The position numbers were made by a program, and so were the translations under genes. This document shows, piece after piece, positions 1-8,352 of a stretch of DNA of 44,821 bases; the stretch's first letter is position 1; every line of letters starts with the position of its first letter. Below the pieces are notes generated by a model. It saw only the letters and a list, made by a program, of their open reading frames with translations, did not search any database and was not told where the DNA came from. Origin of the DNA: a virus (taxonomy: Duplodnaviria > Caudoviricetes); IMG/VR virus record IMGVR_UViG_3300042868_004919, positions 1-44,821 of that record; one strand, given 5' to 3'.

Positions 1-209
1 GGTAGCACGCCCGAAGCGTTCACCGGCCTGGCCCCGCGCTTCAACAGCCTGAGCGCCCAGAACGCCGACAACATCGTCAGCACTGGCGGCACCGGCACCG
101 ACAACACGTCTATTTGGCTGTGCGTCTGGGGCCCACAGACCGGCTTCGGTATCTACCCCAAGGGTAGCCAAGCTGGCCTGCAAATGACCGACAAGGGTCA
201 GGTCACTAT
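1..209. repeat. Terminal direct repeat (circular assembly overlap), copy 1
   Basis: 1-209 matches 44613-44821 except A82 vs G44694; lies inside the major capsid ORF. Confidence 0.97.
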
Positions 210-591
210 CGAGAACGTGGACGGCGCTGGCGGGCGCATGGAAGGCTACCGCACCCACTACCGCTGGGACGCTGGCCTGACCATCCGTGACTGGCGCTAC
301 TTTGTCCGCATCCCGAACATCGACGTGAGCGACCTGGACACCCTGGCCAACACCAAGAACCTGATTAACTGGATGATCGCCGCATCCGAGCGCATCCCGT
401 CGTTTGGTAAGGGCCGCGCGTGCTGGTATGTCAACCGCACGATCCGCGAAAAGCTGCGCCTGGGTATCCTCGAAAAAGTGTCGAGCAACCTGTCCTGGGA
501 AACCGTGGAAGGCAAGCGCGTCATGACCTTTGACGACATCCCAGTACGTCGCACCGATGCACTGCTGAACACCGAGGCCCGCGTGGTCTAA
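1..591 (+). CDS. Major capsid protein, C-terminal part (continues from 44211 across the circular junction; about 330 aa in total; BPP-1 Bbp17/epsilon15 gp7-like)
   Basis: Frame 1 is open from base 1 and in frame with the ORF starting at 44211; C-terminus 'YRTHYRWDAGLTIRDWRY..RIPNID..IPVRRTDALLNTE' is typical of this capsid family. Confidence 0.93.
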   Translation, partial: GSTPEAFTGLAPRFNSLSAQNADNIVSTGGTGTDNTSIWLCVWGPQTGFGIYPKGSQAGLQMTDKGQVTIENVDGAGGRMEGYRTHYRWDAGLTIRDWRYFVRIPNIDVSDLDTLANTKNLINWMIAASERIPSFGKGRACWYVNRTIREKLRLGILEKVSSNLSWETVEGKRVMTFDDIPVRRTDALLNTEARVV

Positions 592-618
592 GCCCCGAAC
601 CCTGAAAGGAACCGAATC

Positions 619-1098
619 ATGATCATCGATTCTCGAAACGAGTTTTGCAACAACGTGTTGCTGAACACCGGCGCGGCAGGCACTTACCTGCTGGGTGACC
701 AAATCGACCTGGGCGCTATTCCAGCACCCGGCCCCTTGGGCGCCATTGACGACATGTACGTGGTTATTTCTGTGACCACGGGCATCGCCGCAGCCGCCGC
801 TGGCACCGTGCAATTCCAGCTTGCCAGCGACGACACGGCCAGTATCGCCACCAACGGTACGGCCACGGTGCACTCGATGACCCGCGCCTTTGTGACCGGG
901 ACGGGCACGGGCACGACGACCCTGGCCCCCGGAACCGTGCTGGGCGTGTTCCAGCTACCCAAGGCGTTCAACTACGAGCGTTTCCTGGGCGTCTTGCAGG
1001 TGACCGGCACCTCCGCTATTACCGCCGGTCGCGTCGATGCGTTCCTGACGGCTGACCCAACGGTGTGGGCAGCCTACGACAGCCCGAGCCACCTGTAA
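619..1098 (+). CDS. Capsid cement/decoration protein (Bbp16-like jelly roll)
   Basis: Directly after the capsid gene, RBS AAAGGA; 'MIID', 'FQLASDD', 'YERFLG..TAGRVDAFL' pattern. Confidence 0.8.
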   Translation: MIIDSRNEFCNNVLLNTGAAGTYLLGDQIDLGAIPAPGPLGAIDDMYVVISVTTGIAAAAAGTVQFQLASDDTASIATNGTATVHSMTRAFVTGTGTGTTTLAPGTVLGVFQLPKAFNYERFLGVLQVTGTSAITAGRVDAFLTADPTVWAAYDSPSHL

Positions 1099-1110
1099 TG
1101 GTGTGAACCC

Positions 1111-1326
1111 ATGAAAGTCGTAGCACTTAAAATGGGTTTCTTTGGGGGTTCCCTGCGCGAGCCGGGGGCCACCTTTGAAGCCCCCGACGGCACCAAGTCC
1201 ACATGGTTTGTGCCCGTAGACGGCGAGCAGGCAAAAGCTGCGAAAACCGTCAAGGCGAAGGAGCAACCCAAAGCCCTTTCCGAAATGGCAGCCCCCGGCA
1301 AGTCGTTTAACGAAACGCTGGCCTGA
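1111..1326 (+). CDS. Small head-associated hypothetical protein
   Basis: 71-aa ORF between the cement gene and a terminator. Confidence 0.7.
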   Translation: MKVVALKMGFFGGSLREPGATFEAPDGTKSTWFVPVDGEQAKAAKTVKAKEQPKALSEMAAPGKSFNETLA

Positions 1327-1341
1327 CCCCAGCACAAAACC

Positions 1342-1371
1342 AAGGCCACCCGCACGGGTGGCTTTTTCTTT
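1342..1371 (+). terminator. Rho-independent terminator of the capsid operon
   Basis: GGCCACCC-GCAC-GGGTGGCT stem-loop followed by TTTTCTTT. Confidence 0.9.
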
Positions 1372-1372
1372 G

Positions 1373-1405
1373 CGTGTCCGTGTAGCGCCGGGCCTTACCT
1401 ACACT
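1373..1405 (+). promoter_or_regulatory. Putative late promoter 1
   Basis: CGTGTCCGT (1373-1381), 18 nt, TACACT (1400-1405); starts right after the terminator. Confidence 0.8.
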
Positions 1406-1434
1406 TGCGCCATCCAATCGACTGAGGCGCAGCC

Positions 1435-3975
1435 ATGACGCAAATCGTTCTTGAAGAAACCGCAGACGTAAGCGGTAATGGTAAAAAATCCTTGCTGCGC
1501 GGCGTTAACGGCGCCTTGCTGGTTGCAGGGGCGGTACAGCAGGCCGTGCCCGACGCTGAAAACAGCGAGGAATCGCTCGCCATCTGGGGTGGCTTCTCGG
1601 GCGTCAACCCTGCTATTGGTGACTTCGTGACATCCGTTTCCGGGGTCAACGGTCAGGCGATTGTTGCTATTTCTGGCAGCCCGCTGACCGTCGGAGAGGC
1701 GGTAGCGGTTGACACCCGAAACCGGGTACTACAACCCTGCGCCCTGGAAGTCGCTGCAAGTTTTGTTCGTACCGGTATCAGTTTTGCCACCGCGTCGCTA
1801 TTTGCCAATGGCCCGGCAGGGCAAGACCCCGTGCCCGCGCCAATCAATATCGTGTCGTGCTATCAATCCAGCGCAGTGCTGGGTGCCGCATACAACGCCA
1901 CGGCCGGCACGGTCATGCACATTACGCTGGCAACTGCTTTGCCCAGCGTTGGCGCAAACAACGCCGTTTTTATCGGTGACTGGATCAATATCACCGGCCT
2001 AGTGGACAACCGGCTCAACTACGCGAACGCTTGCATTAACTACATTTCGCCAGATCGCACGGTTATCGCCGTTGGCTTCTCCGACGAAGCGGCGCTGCCG
2101 TCTTTGGCTGTGGCGGCCATCACACCCACCCTTGGCACCGCCCAAGTTAATTTTTACAACAACATGAGCGGGGCGCGTAACGGCTTCGGCCTGCGCCTCA
2201 CAGGCACGACCGCTACATCTGCCGCAATCGTGTCTATCTTCGGTGGCGATGACAATCAAGTATCGGGCGCGCTGCTGGGCGACCATCGCGTCACTATCGG
2301 CACTACCGCCCCCACTTATGTCTCAGGCGGCAACTTCGGTCAGTACGAGCTGCGCGCATCGACCCGGTTCATGTTGGAGACCACGCCCAGCACGGCCACC
2401 GCGCTGGACAAAGCCGAACAAACGTTTGCAAGCTGGACAGCACGGGACATTCCGCGCACCAGCGTCAAACCTGCGGGCAATGCGGTGCTTACGCCCAGGT
2501 TCCGTTTGTTCAAGCCGGTAAGTATGTCCCGGCCTGTCGCCAAGATCGTAAGCGCAGTCAAAACAGGCACCACAACCACCACCGTTACGACCGACGTTGC
2601 CCACGGCTTGACGACCAATAACTGGGTCACGGTCAAGGGTGCGCGCGACTTCACCACAAATTTTCCGCCACTGACAACCCCGGTTCAGGTCACTGTTACA
2701 GGTGCGACCACCTTTACCCTGGTGTGGGGCCCCGCCGTTACTGCCACTACTTACGGTGGGTCGGTCATCATCACCAACGGCGGGCGGGATCAACCAGGGA
2801 TCATCGGGCAAACGGTTCAGTCCGTTGTCTCCCGCGTTGCGGCTGGTGTAACTTGGTTGGACGTTGTTGGAAGCGCGACCTGGGCGGGCGTCAACCTCGG
2901 TGATTACGTTGACCTGCACGGCGTGCGTGCTGACCTAACTGGCGCAGACTTGGGGCTCGATGGCGCGTGGGAAGTTGCACACCTTGCCACGACGACCATG
3001 ACGTTGCGCCCCGTGTTCAACATTGCGGGCGCTCGCGTATCTCCCGCGCTTGGCACGCTTGCATCTACCAATGCGGGCGGTACTGTGATTCTGCGCCCGA
3101 CTATCCGCGCACACGATATCAGCGTCAGGTCATGGGCTGAGACCAACATGGCGATTGACGGCCAAGGTACTGTGCGCGTCGACAAGGCCCTGCCGGTGCA
3201 AGTTGTAAACTCCCCGGCAGTAACAATCAGTTCCGGCACCGTCACCACGGTTTCTACGGTTACGGCAGTCACCACGGTTTCTGCGGTTACGTCGGCCAAC
3301 CTTGGCCTGCCCACCTTGGTGGCCGACGTTGCGTCTGCCGCCCTGACAACCACGACCACAACAGCGGCATTTACGCCGACCTGGGGCGTGTCGTATCAGG
3401 TGAACATCCCGGTGACTGCGGTGACCGGTACGACCCCGACACTTGACGTCAGGATTGAAGAATCAGACGACAACGGAACCAACTGGTATGTGGTCTATGA
3501 CTTCCCCAGAATCACCGCCACCGGTATCTACCGCAGCCCGGTATTGCCAGTAACCGGCAACCGTGTTCGCTACGTTCAAACCGTAGGCGGCACGACGCCG
3601 AGCTTCACCCGCGCCGTCAACCGCGTGCAAAACAACTGGCCCGCCGATGTGTTGTTCCAGTTGATCGACAGGTCAATTGTGTTGACCACGATCAACAGCA
3701 CCACGCCAGCTCTTAACGTTGTCAACGCTGGCAATCAGGTCAAACTGGTTGTGAACGTTGGCGCAATCACCACAACTGCGCCAGCCATTCAGTTGGAGGG
3801 CACCGAAGACGCCGGAGCAACCTGGGTAGCCATTGGCTCGCCACTTACCGCCGTCGCCTCATCGACCGTATCCGCGAACGTTAGCGGCCAGCACTGGCAG
3901 CAAATCCGCGCCCGCGTATCGACCGCTGGCGTGGGCGTGACCGCTGGCTACGTAATGATCAAAGCACACGACTAA
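1435..3975 (+). CDS. Large Thr/Val-rich all-beta virion accessory protein (possible head fibre/decoration)
   Basis: 846 aa; FCCH-like module 'VTTDVAHGLTTNNWVTV..VTGATTF'; two C-terminal beta-sandwich repeats ('VRIEESDDNGTNW', 'IQLEGTEDAGATW'); lies within the structural cluster. Confidence 0.6.
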   Translation: MTQIVLEETADVSGNGKKSLLRGVNGALLVAGAVQQAVPDAENSEESLAIWGGFSGVNPAIGDFVTSVSGVNGQAIVAISGSPLTVGEAVAVDTRNRVLQPCALEVAASFVRTGISFATASLFANGPAGQDPVPAPINIVSCYQSSAVLGAAYNATAGTVMHITLATALPSVGANNAVFIGDWINITGLVDNRLNYANACINYISPDRTVIAVGFSDEAALPSLAVAAITPTLGTAQVNFYNNMSGARNGFGLRLTGTTATSAAIVSIFGGDDNQVSGALLGDHRVTIGTTAPTYVSGGNFGQYELRASTRFMLETTPSTATALDKAEQTFASWTARDIPRTSVKPAGNAVLTPRFRLFKPVSMSRPVAKIVSAVKTGTTTTTVTTDVAHGLTTNNWVTVKGARDFTTNFPPLTTPVQVTVTGATTFTLVWGPAVTATTYGGSVIITNGGRDQPGIIGQTVQSVVSRVAAGVTWLDVVGSATWAGVNLGDYVDLHGVRADLTGADLGLDGAWEVAHLATTTMTLRPVFNIAGARVSPALGTLASTNAGGTVILRPTIRAHDISVRSWAETNMAIDGQGTVRVDKALPVQVVNSPAVTISSGTVTTVSTVTAVTTVSAVTSANLGLPTLVADVASAALTTTTTTAAFTPTWGVSYQVNIPVTAVTGTTPTLDVRIEESDDNGTNWYVVYDFPRITATGIYRSPVLPVTGNRVRYVQTVGGTTPSFTRAVNRVQNNWPADVLFQLIDRSIVLTTINSTTPALNVVNAGNQVKLVVNVGAITTTAPAIQLEGTEDAGATWVAIGSPLTAVASSTVSANVSGQHWQQIRARVSTAGVGVTAGYVMIKAHD

Positions 3976-3988
3976 TTGAAAGTGAATC

Positions 3989-4162
3989 ATGAAAGTATCT
4001 GAACTTACCCGCCTTCTTAACAACCGCATGACCTATCTCGACCAGCAAAAAACACAAGCTGAGTTTCGGGGTGATGTCGCTGAGGTTTTGTGGGTCACGG
4101 CCCAAATTGACGAAACCCGCGTAACGTTGGACGCGCTTAAAGCCGCACAGCAGAGCACCTAA
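3989..4162 (+). CDS. 57-aa helical hypothetical protein (absent from the ORF track)
   Basis: ATG 3989 after GAAAG, TAA 4160-4162; MKVSELTRLLNNRMTYLDQQK..; fills the gap between two structural genes. Confidence 0.75.
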   Translation: MKVSELTRLLNNRMTYLDQQKTQAEFRGDVAEVLWVTAQIDETRVTLDALKAAQQST

Positions 4163-4165
4163 CCA

Positions 4166-4798
4166 ATGGCCTCGGTCGTTCAAATTTGCAACATGGCTTT
4201 AAGCCATATCGGTTCGTCGGCGCGCGTGACAAGCCTGAGCCCACCTGACGGGTCGGTCGAGGCTGGGCACTGCGCCACGTTCTACGACCAGGCGCGCACG
4301 GAAATGCTGGAGCCCGGCACTTGGCGTTTCGCGCTCAAGCGCGCAGACCTTGCCAGTGTCACCAACGACAGCACGCAGTGGGCCTATGCCTACGCGCTGC
4401 CGTCCGATTGCATGCGCGCGCTGCGCGTGTTCCCCGTTGATACTCCCTTGACGGTGTTCGACGACGCAATCAGTACCTTTGTTGCAAACGACCAGGCCAG
4501 CGCACGGTTCGACTTAGAGGGCGACGTACTGCGCACAAACGCCGACGACGCGGTGCTGCTTTACACCCGCGACGTGACGGACACCACGAAGTTCACACCG
4601 AGTTTCACCAGTGCGCTGGGCTACCTGCTGGCCAGCTACTTGGCTGGGCCTATCGTCAAGGGCAACGAGGGTGCCAAGCTGGGCGACTCTATGCGCCAGC
4701 GCGCCATGGCCATTGCCAGTATGTCGGCCACCGCCGACGCGAACGCAAGCCACGCCACGCATGACTTTACGCCGTCCAGCGTCGAGGCGCGCACATGA
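4166..4798 (+). CDS. Tail adaptor / tail tubular protein A (T7 gp11-like)
   Basis: 'VQICNMALSHIG', 'WRFA', 'WAYAYALPSDC'; precedes the nozzle gene. Confidence 0.85.
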   Translation: MASVVQICNMALSHIGSSARVTSLSPPDGSVEAGHCATFYDQARTEMLEPGTWRFALKRADLASVTNDSTQWAYAYALPSDCMRALRVFPVDTPLTVFDDAISTFVANDQASARFDLEGDVLRTNADDAVLLYTRDVTDTTKFTPSFTSALGYLLASYLAGPIVKGNEGAKLGDSMRQRAMAIASMSATADANASHATHDFTPSSVEART

Positions 4799-7284
4799 GC
4801 ACAAAGAACCTGCTACGGTCTTTTGCTGGCGGCGAGATAACGCCCGAACTGGCTGGACGCCTTGACCTGACCAAGTACCAGACAGGTCTTAGCCTGGCGC
4901 GCAACTTCATCACGCTGCCCCACGGGCCCGCCGCCCGCCGCCCTGGCTTTGAGTACATCAACGAGGTCGGCGACTACACCAAAAAGGTACGCCTGATACC
5001 TTTCAGTTTCAGCGCAGACCAGACAGCGGTGCTGGAGTTTGGGCACCAGTACATTCGCGTCCACATAAATGGCGCCACGTTGCTGGAGCCAAGCAAAAAC
5101 GTTTCCAGCATCGTGGGTTCGACGGTAACGACTTCGACCGCGCACGGGTACACCACGGGCGAGTGGGTCTACATGGGCACCACCTACCACCGGATCACGG
5201 TTACCGGCACGACGACGTTCACCACGGCCAACACCTGGGGCGTGGCCACCACGGCGTTCGGGCCTATCGTGTCCCGGATTTACACAATCTCCAGCCCGTA
5301 CCAAGAAGCTGACCTGTTCGACTTGCGGTTCACGCAAAGCGCCGACGTGCTGACCCTTGCGCATCCGAGCTATCCGACCTACGAACTGTCGCGCGTAAAC
5401 GCGACAACCTGGTCGTTGGCCGTGCTGTCGTTCCTACCATCGTTGCCCGCCCCGGCGACCCCCAGCATCACCATCGACGGTAGTGCTGGCACCACCGACG
5501 GGCAGACCTATTACTACGTGGTCACCGCCGTAGCCACCGACGGCGTCACCGAGTCCCTGGCGTCCGGCATTGTCAGTGGCTACAACAACCTGGGCAAAAC
5601 CGGCAACGACAACACCATCGGCATCACGGGTGTGAACGGGGCCGACCGTTACAACGTGTACAAGCGTCGGGGCGGGGCCTTTGGCTATATCGGCCAAGTG
5701 CGTCAGACACCCAGCGCCAGCATCAACATTTCCAACATTAGCCGGGCTGTCGATGACCGTACCGTCACCGTTGTGACCGCGACCGCGCACGGTTTGAGCG
5801 TTGGGGGTTTCGTCGCTATTGCCAACACCGGCATACCATCGTTCCACGGCTACTGGGCCGTCGATACGGTGGTCAACTCAACCACGTTTACCTACGAATC
5901 AAACAGTCAAACGCTTGCAACCGCAACCACCGGGACGGTGATTACCGGCGCGCTAACGTTGGTTGACGACAACATCCTGCCCGACACGACGCAGACGCCG
6001 CCCGAAAGCATCATCACGCTGAACGCCGAGCAGGTGGACTACCCGACCGCGACCACATATCACGAGCAACGCCGCTGGTTCGCAGGTACGGTCAGTAAGC
6101 CCCAGGTGGTGTGGGCAACGCGCACGGGTACGGAAAAGAATCTGACAAGTTCGGTGCCAACCCGCGACGCTGACGCCATGGAGTTCCGCATGGCGTCCAG
6201 TCAGTACAACCGCATCCGGCACTTGGTGCCCTTGTCTGACCTGATTGCACTGACCGCTGGCGGCGAGTTCCGCATCTTTGCCGATGGTGCCCCGGCCATC
6301 ACGCCCACCAGCTTGACAATCAAGCCCCAGGGCTACAGTGGCGCGAGCAACGCGCAACCCGTGGTCACGTCGAACTCGGTGCTGTACGTGCAGGCCCAGG
6401 GCTCGCGCGTGCGCGAACTGGCCTACAACTGGGAGAGCAACGCCTACCGGTCAGCGGACATGAGCATCATGGCCCCGCATCGGTTCAACGGCTACCAGAT
6501 AACGCAGCTTGCCTACAGTCGCGCGCCCGACCAGATGCTGTGGGCCGTGCGCAGTGACGGCGCCTTGCTGGGATTGACCCATGTGCCCGACCAGCAGGTG
6601 TACGGCTGGCACGCTCACGACACGGCACTGGGCACCTTTGAAAGCGCTTGCGTTGTGGCCGAAGGCAACGAGGACGTGCTGTACGTGGTGGCACGCCGCA
6701 CGATCAACGGACGGACGACGCGCTATATCGAGCGGTTGCGAACCCGCACGTTTACGTTGCCACAAAACGCGTTTTTCGTGGACAGCGGGTTGACCTACGC
6801 CAGCACGTTTGCCACCACCACGATCCAAGGGCTGTCGCACCTGGAGGGCTGCACGGTTGACATCCTGGCCGACGGCGCGCAGCACCCGCAGCGCACGGTT
6901 GTAAACGGCACCGTGACCCTGATAAGTCCGGCCTACGTTGTGCACGTTGGCCTGAACATCACCGCAGACTTGCGAACGTTGCCCTTGGCATTGGAAGGCG
7001 CCCAGGCGGTAGGGCAGGGCACCGTCAAGAATGTCAACAAGGTATCGCTGCGCCTGAGCCAGTCCAGCGTTTTGCAGGTGGGCCCGTCGTTTGACCGGCT
7101 TCGCACCTACCCCGCGCGCATGGTAAGTGACCCTTACGGAACACCCCCAGCGTTGCGCGATGGCGAGGTGGAGCTGTCCATTGACCCTAGCTGGAACCAG
7201 GACGGCGCGGTGTGCGTGCGCCAGAACGTGCCGCTACCTTTGACCGTACTGTCCATGACCCTGGAAGTCCAGACCGGTGGCTAA
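4795..7284 (+). CDS. Tail nozzle / tail tubular protein B (T7 gp12, Bbp13-like)
   Basis: 'SFAGGEITPEL.GR.D', 'RLIPF.FS', 'HEQRRWFAG', 'GWHAH', 'PLPLTVLS'; two FCCH-like insertions. Confidence 0.88.
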   Translation: MSTKNLLRSFAGGEITPELAGRLDLTKYQTGLSLARNFITLPHGPAARRPGFEYINEVGDYTKKVRLIPFSFSADQTAVLEFGHQYIRVHINGATLLEPSKNVSSIVGSTVTTSTAHGYTTGEWVYMGTTYHRITVTGTTTFTTANTWGVATTAFGPIVSRIYTISSPYQEADLFDLRFTQSADVLTLAHPSYPTYELSRVNATTWSLAVLSFLPSLPAPATPSITIDGSAGTTDGQTYYYVVTAVATDGVTESLASGIVSGYNNLGKTGNDNTIGITGVNGADRYNVYKRRGGAFGYIGQVRQTPSASINISNISRAVDDRTVTVVTATAHGLSVGGFVAIANTGIPSFHGYWAVDTVVNSTTFTYESNSQTLATATTGTVITGALTLVDDNILPDTTQTPPESIITLNAEQVDYPTATTYHEQRRWFAGTVSKPQVVWATRTGTEKNLTSSVPTRDADAMEFRMASSQYNRIRHLVPLSDLIALTAGGEFRIFADGAPAITPTSLTIKPQGYSGASNAQPVVTSNSVLYVQAQGSRVRELAYNWESNAYRSADMSIMAPHRFNGYQITQLAYSRAPDQMLWAVRSDGALLGLTHVPDQQVYGWHAHDTALGTFESACVVAEGNEDVLYVVARRTINGRTTRYIERLRTRTFTLPQNAFFVDSGLTYASTFATTTIQGLSHLEGCTVDILADGAQHPQRTVVNGTVTLISPAYVVHVGLNITADLRTLPLALEGAQAVGQGTVKNVNKVSLRLSQSSVLQVGPSFDRLRTYPARMVSDPYGTPPALRDGEVELSIDPSWNQDGAVCVRQNVPLPLTVLSMTLEVQTGG

Positions 7285-7738
7285 GATCGAGGTGCGCGAA
7301 ACAACCCTGCAAGATGTGGTCGCCCTTGCTCTTAATTTAAGAGCATCTGACGCCGATGAAATAAGGGCTTACGGGCAAACCGACCCGCTTAAATCGCTGA
7401 CAAGCAGCGCGGCGCGGTCGATGCTGTGCTGGTCGGCGTTTGCCGACGGCGAACTGGCGTGCGTGCTGGGTGTGGCCCCGTTGTCTGTCGTGTCTGGGAT
7501 TGGCTCACCCTGGATGATTGGCACGCCCGTACTGGACCGACACCAACGTGTCCTTGTACGCCAGACGCCCGAATACATTTCCAAAATGCTCAAAGCGTTT
7601 CCCCACTTGGTGAACTACGTGTACGCGCAGAACACGACAAGCGTGCGCTGGTTGCGCCGTTTGGGGTTCACGCTGCACGACGCCGAGCCGTATGGCGCAC
7701 TGGGCGAACCCTTCCACAAGTTTGAAATGCGAGTCTGA
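7277..7738 (+). CDS. T7 gp13-like (GNAT-fold, DUF2833-type) virion assembly protein
   Basis: 'NLRASDADEI', 'PWMIGT', 'LVNYV..N..SVRWLRRLGF'; position after the nozzle. Confidence 0.8.
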   Translation: MAKIEVRETTLQDVVALALNLRASDADEIRAYGQTDPLKSLTSSAARSMLCWSAFADGELACVLGVAPLSVVSGIGSPWMIGTPVLDRHQRVLVRQTPEYISKMLKAFPHLVNYVYAQNTTSVRWLRRLGFTLHDAEPYGALGEPFHKFEMRV

Positions 7739-7740
7739 TT

Positions 7741-8352
7741 ATGTGCGTTCCAGCAATTGCCGCCGCACTACCAGCGGTATTCGGGTCGGCTGCCGCCACG
7801 GGTGCAACCACCGCAGCGGTCACCACCGCCACGGCAGTGGGCACAGCGCTACCGGCTTTGGGTGCATCGACTGCCGCTGGCCTAACCACAGCACAGATGG
7901 TGAGCCTGGGCCTGTCCGCAGCGGGCACCGGCCTTAGCGCGGTCGGCGCGTACAACCAGGCGCGCACCGGCAAGGCCGTAGCCGAGGCCAACGCCCAGAA
8001 CGCGGAACTACAGGCGCAGGACGCCCTACGCCGAGGCGAGAAAGACGCGCAGGAAATCCAGCGCCGCGCCGCATCGTTCAAGTCGTCGCAACGGGTAAGC
8101 CTTGCCGCCAAGGGCTTGGACTTGGGGTACGGCACCGCCGCCGACCTGCAAGATCAAACAGACTTTTTCTCGCAACAAGATGTTGCAACCGCCCGCACCA
8201 ACGCGCGCAAAGAAGCCTGGAACCTTCGCGCACAGCGCAACAACTACCAGATGGAAGCCGCCGCCAGTCGCCCGTGGATGTCAAGCGGCAGCACACTGCT
8301 TGCGGGTGCGGGTCAGGTGGCGTCGCGCTGGTACGGCTACCGGGGTCAATAA
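7741..8352 (+). CDS. Internal virion/ejection protein (T7 gp14-like)
   Basis: Met-Cys start, Ala/Gly-rich hydrophobic N-terminus, coiled coil, 'AAKGLDLGYGT'. Confidence 0.8.
   Translation: MCVPAIAAALPAVFGSAAATGATTAAVTTATAVGTALPALGASTAAGLTTAQMVSLGLSAAGTGLSAVGAYNQARTGKAVAEANAQNAELQAQDALRRGEKDAQEIQRRAASFKSSQRVSLAAKGLDLGYGTAADLQDQTDFFSQQDVATARTNARKEAWNLRAQRNNYQMEAAASRPWMSSGSTLLAGAGQVASRWYGYRGQ

Noticed and set aside
1-209. Biological direct terminal repeat
   Set aside because: It interrupts the essential capsid gene, so it is better explained as the assembly overlap of a circularly permuted genome
184-591. Stand-alone 135-aa gene from the ORF track
   Set aside because: It is the C-terminal part of the major capsid protein split by the contig ends
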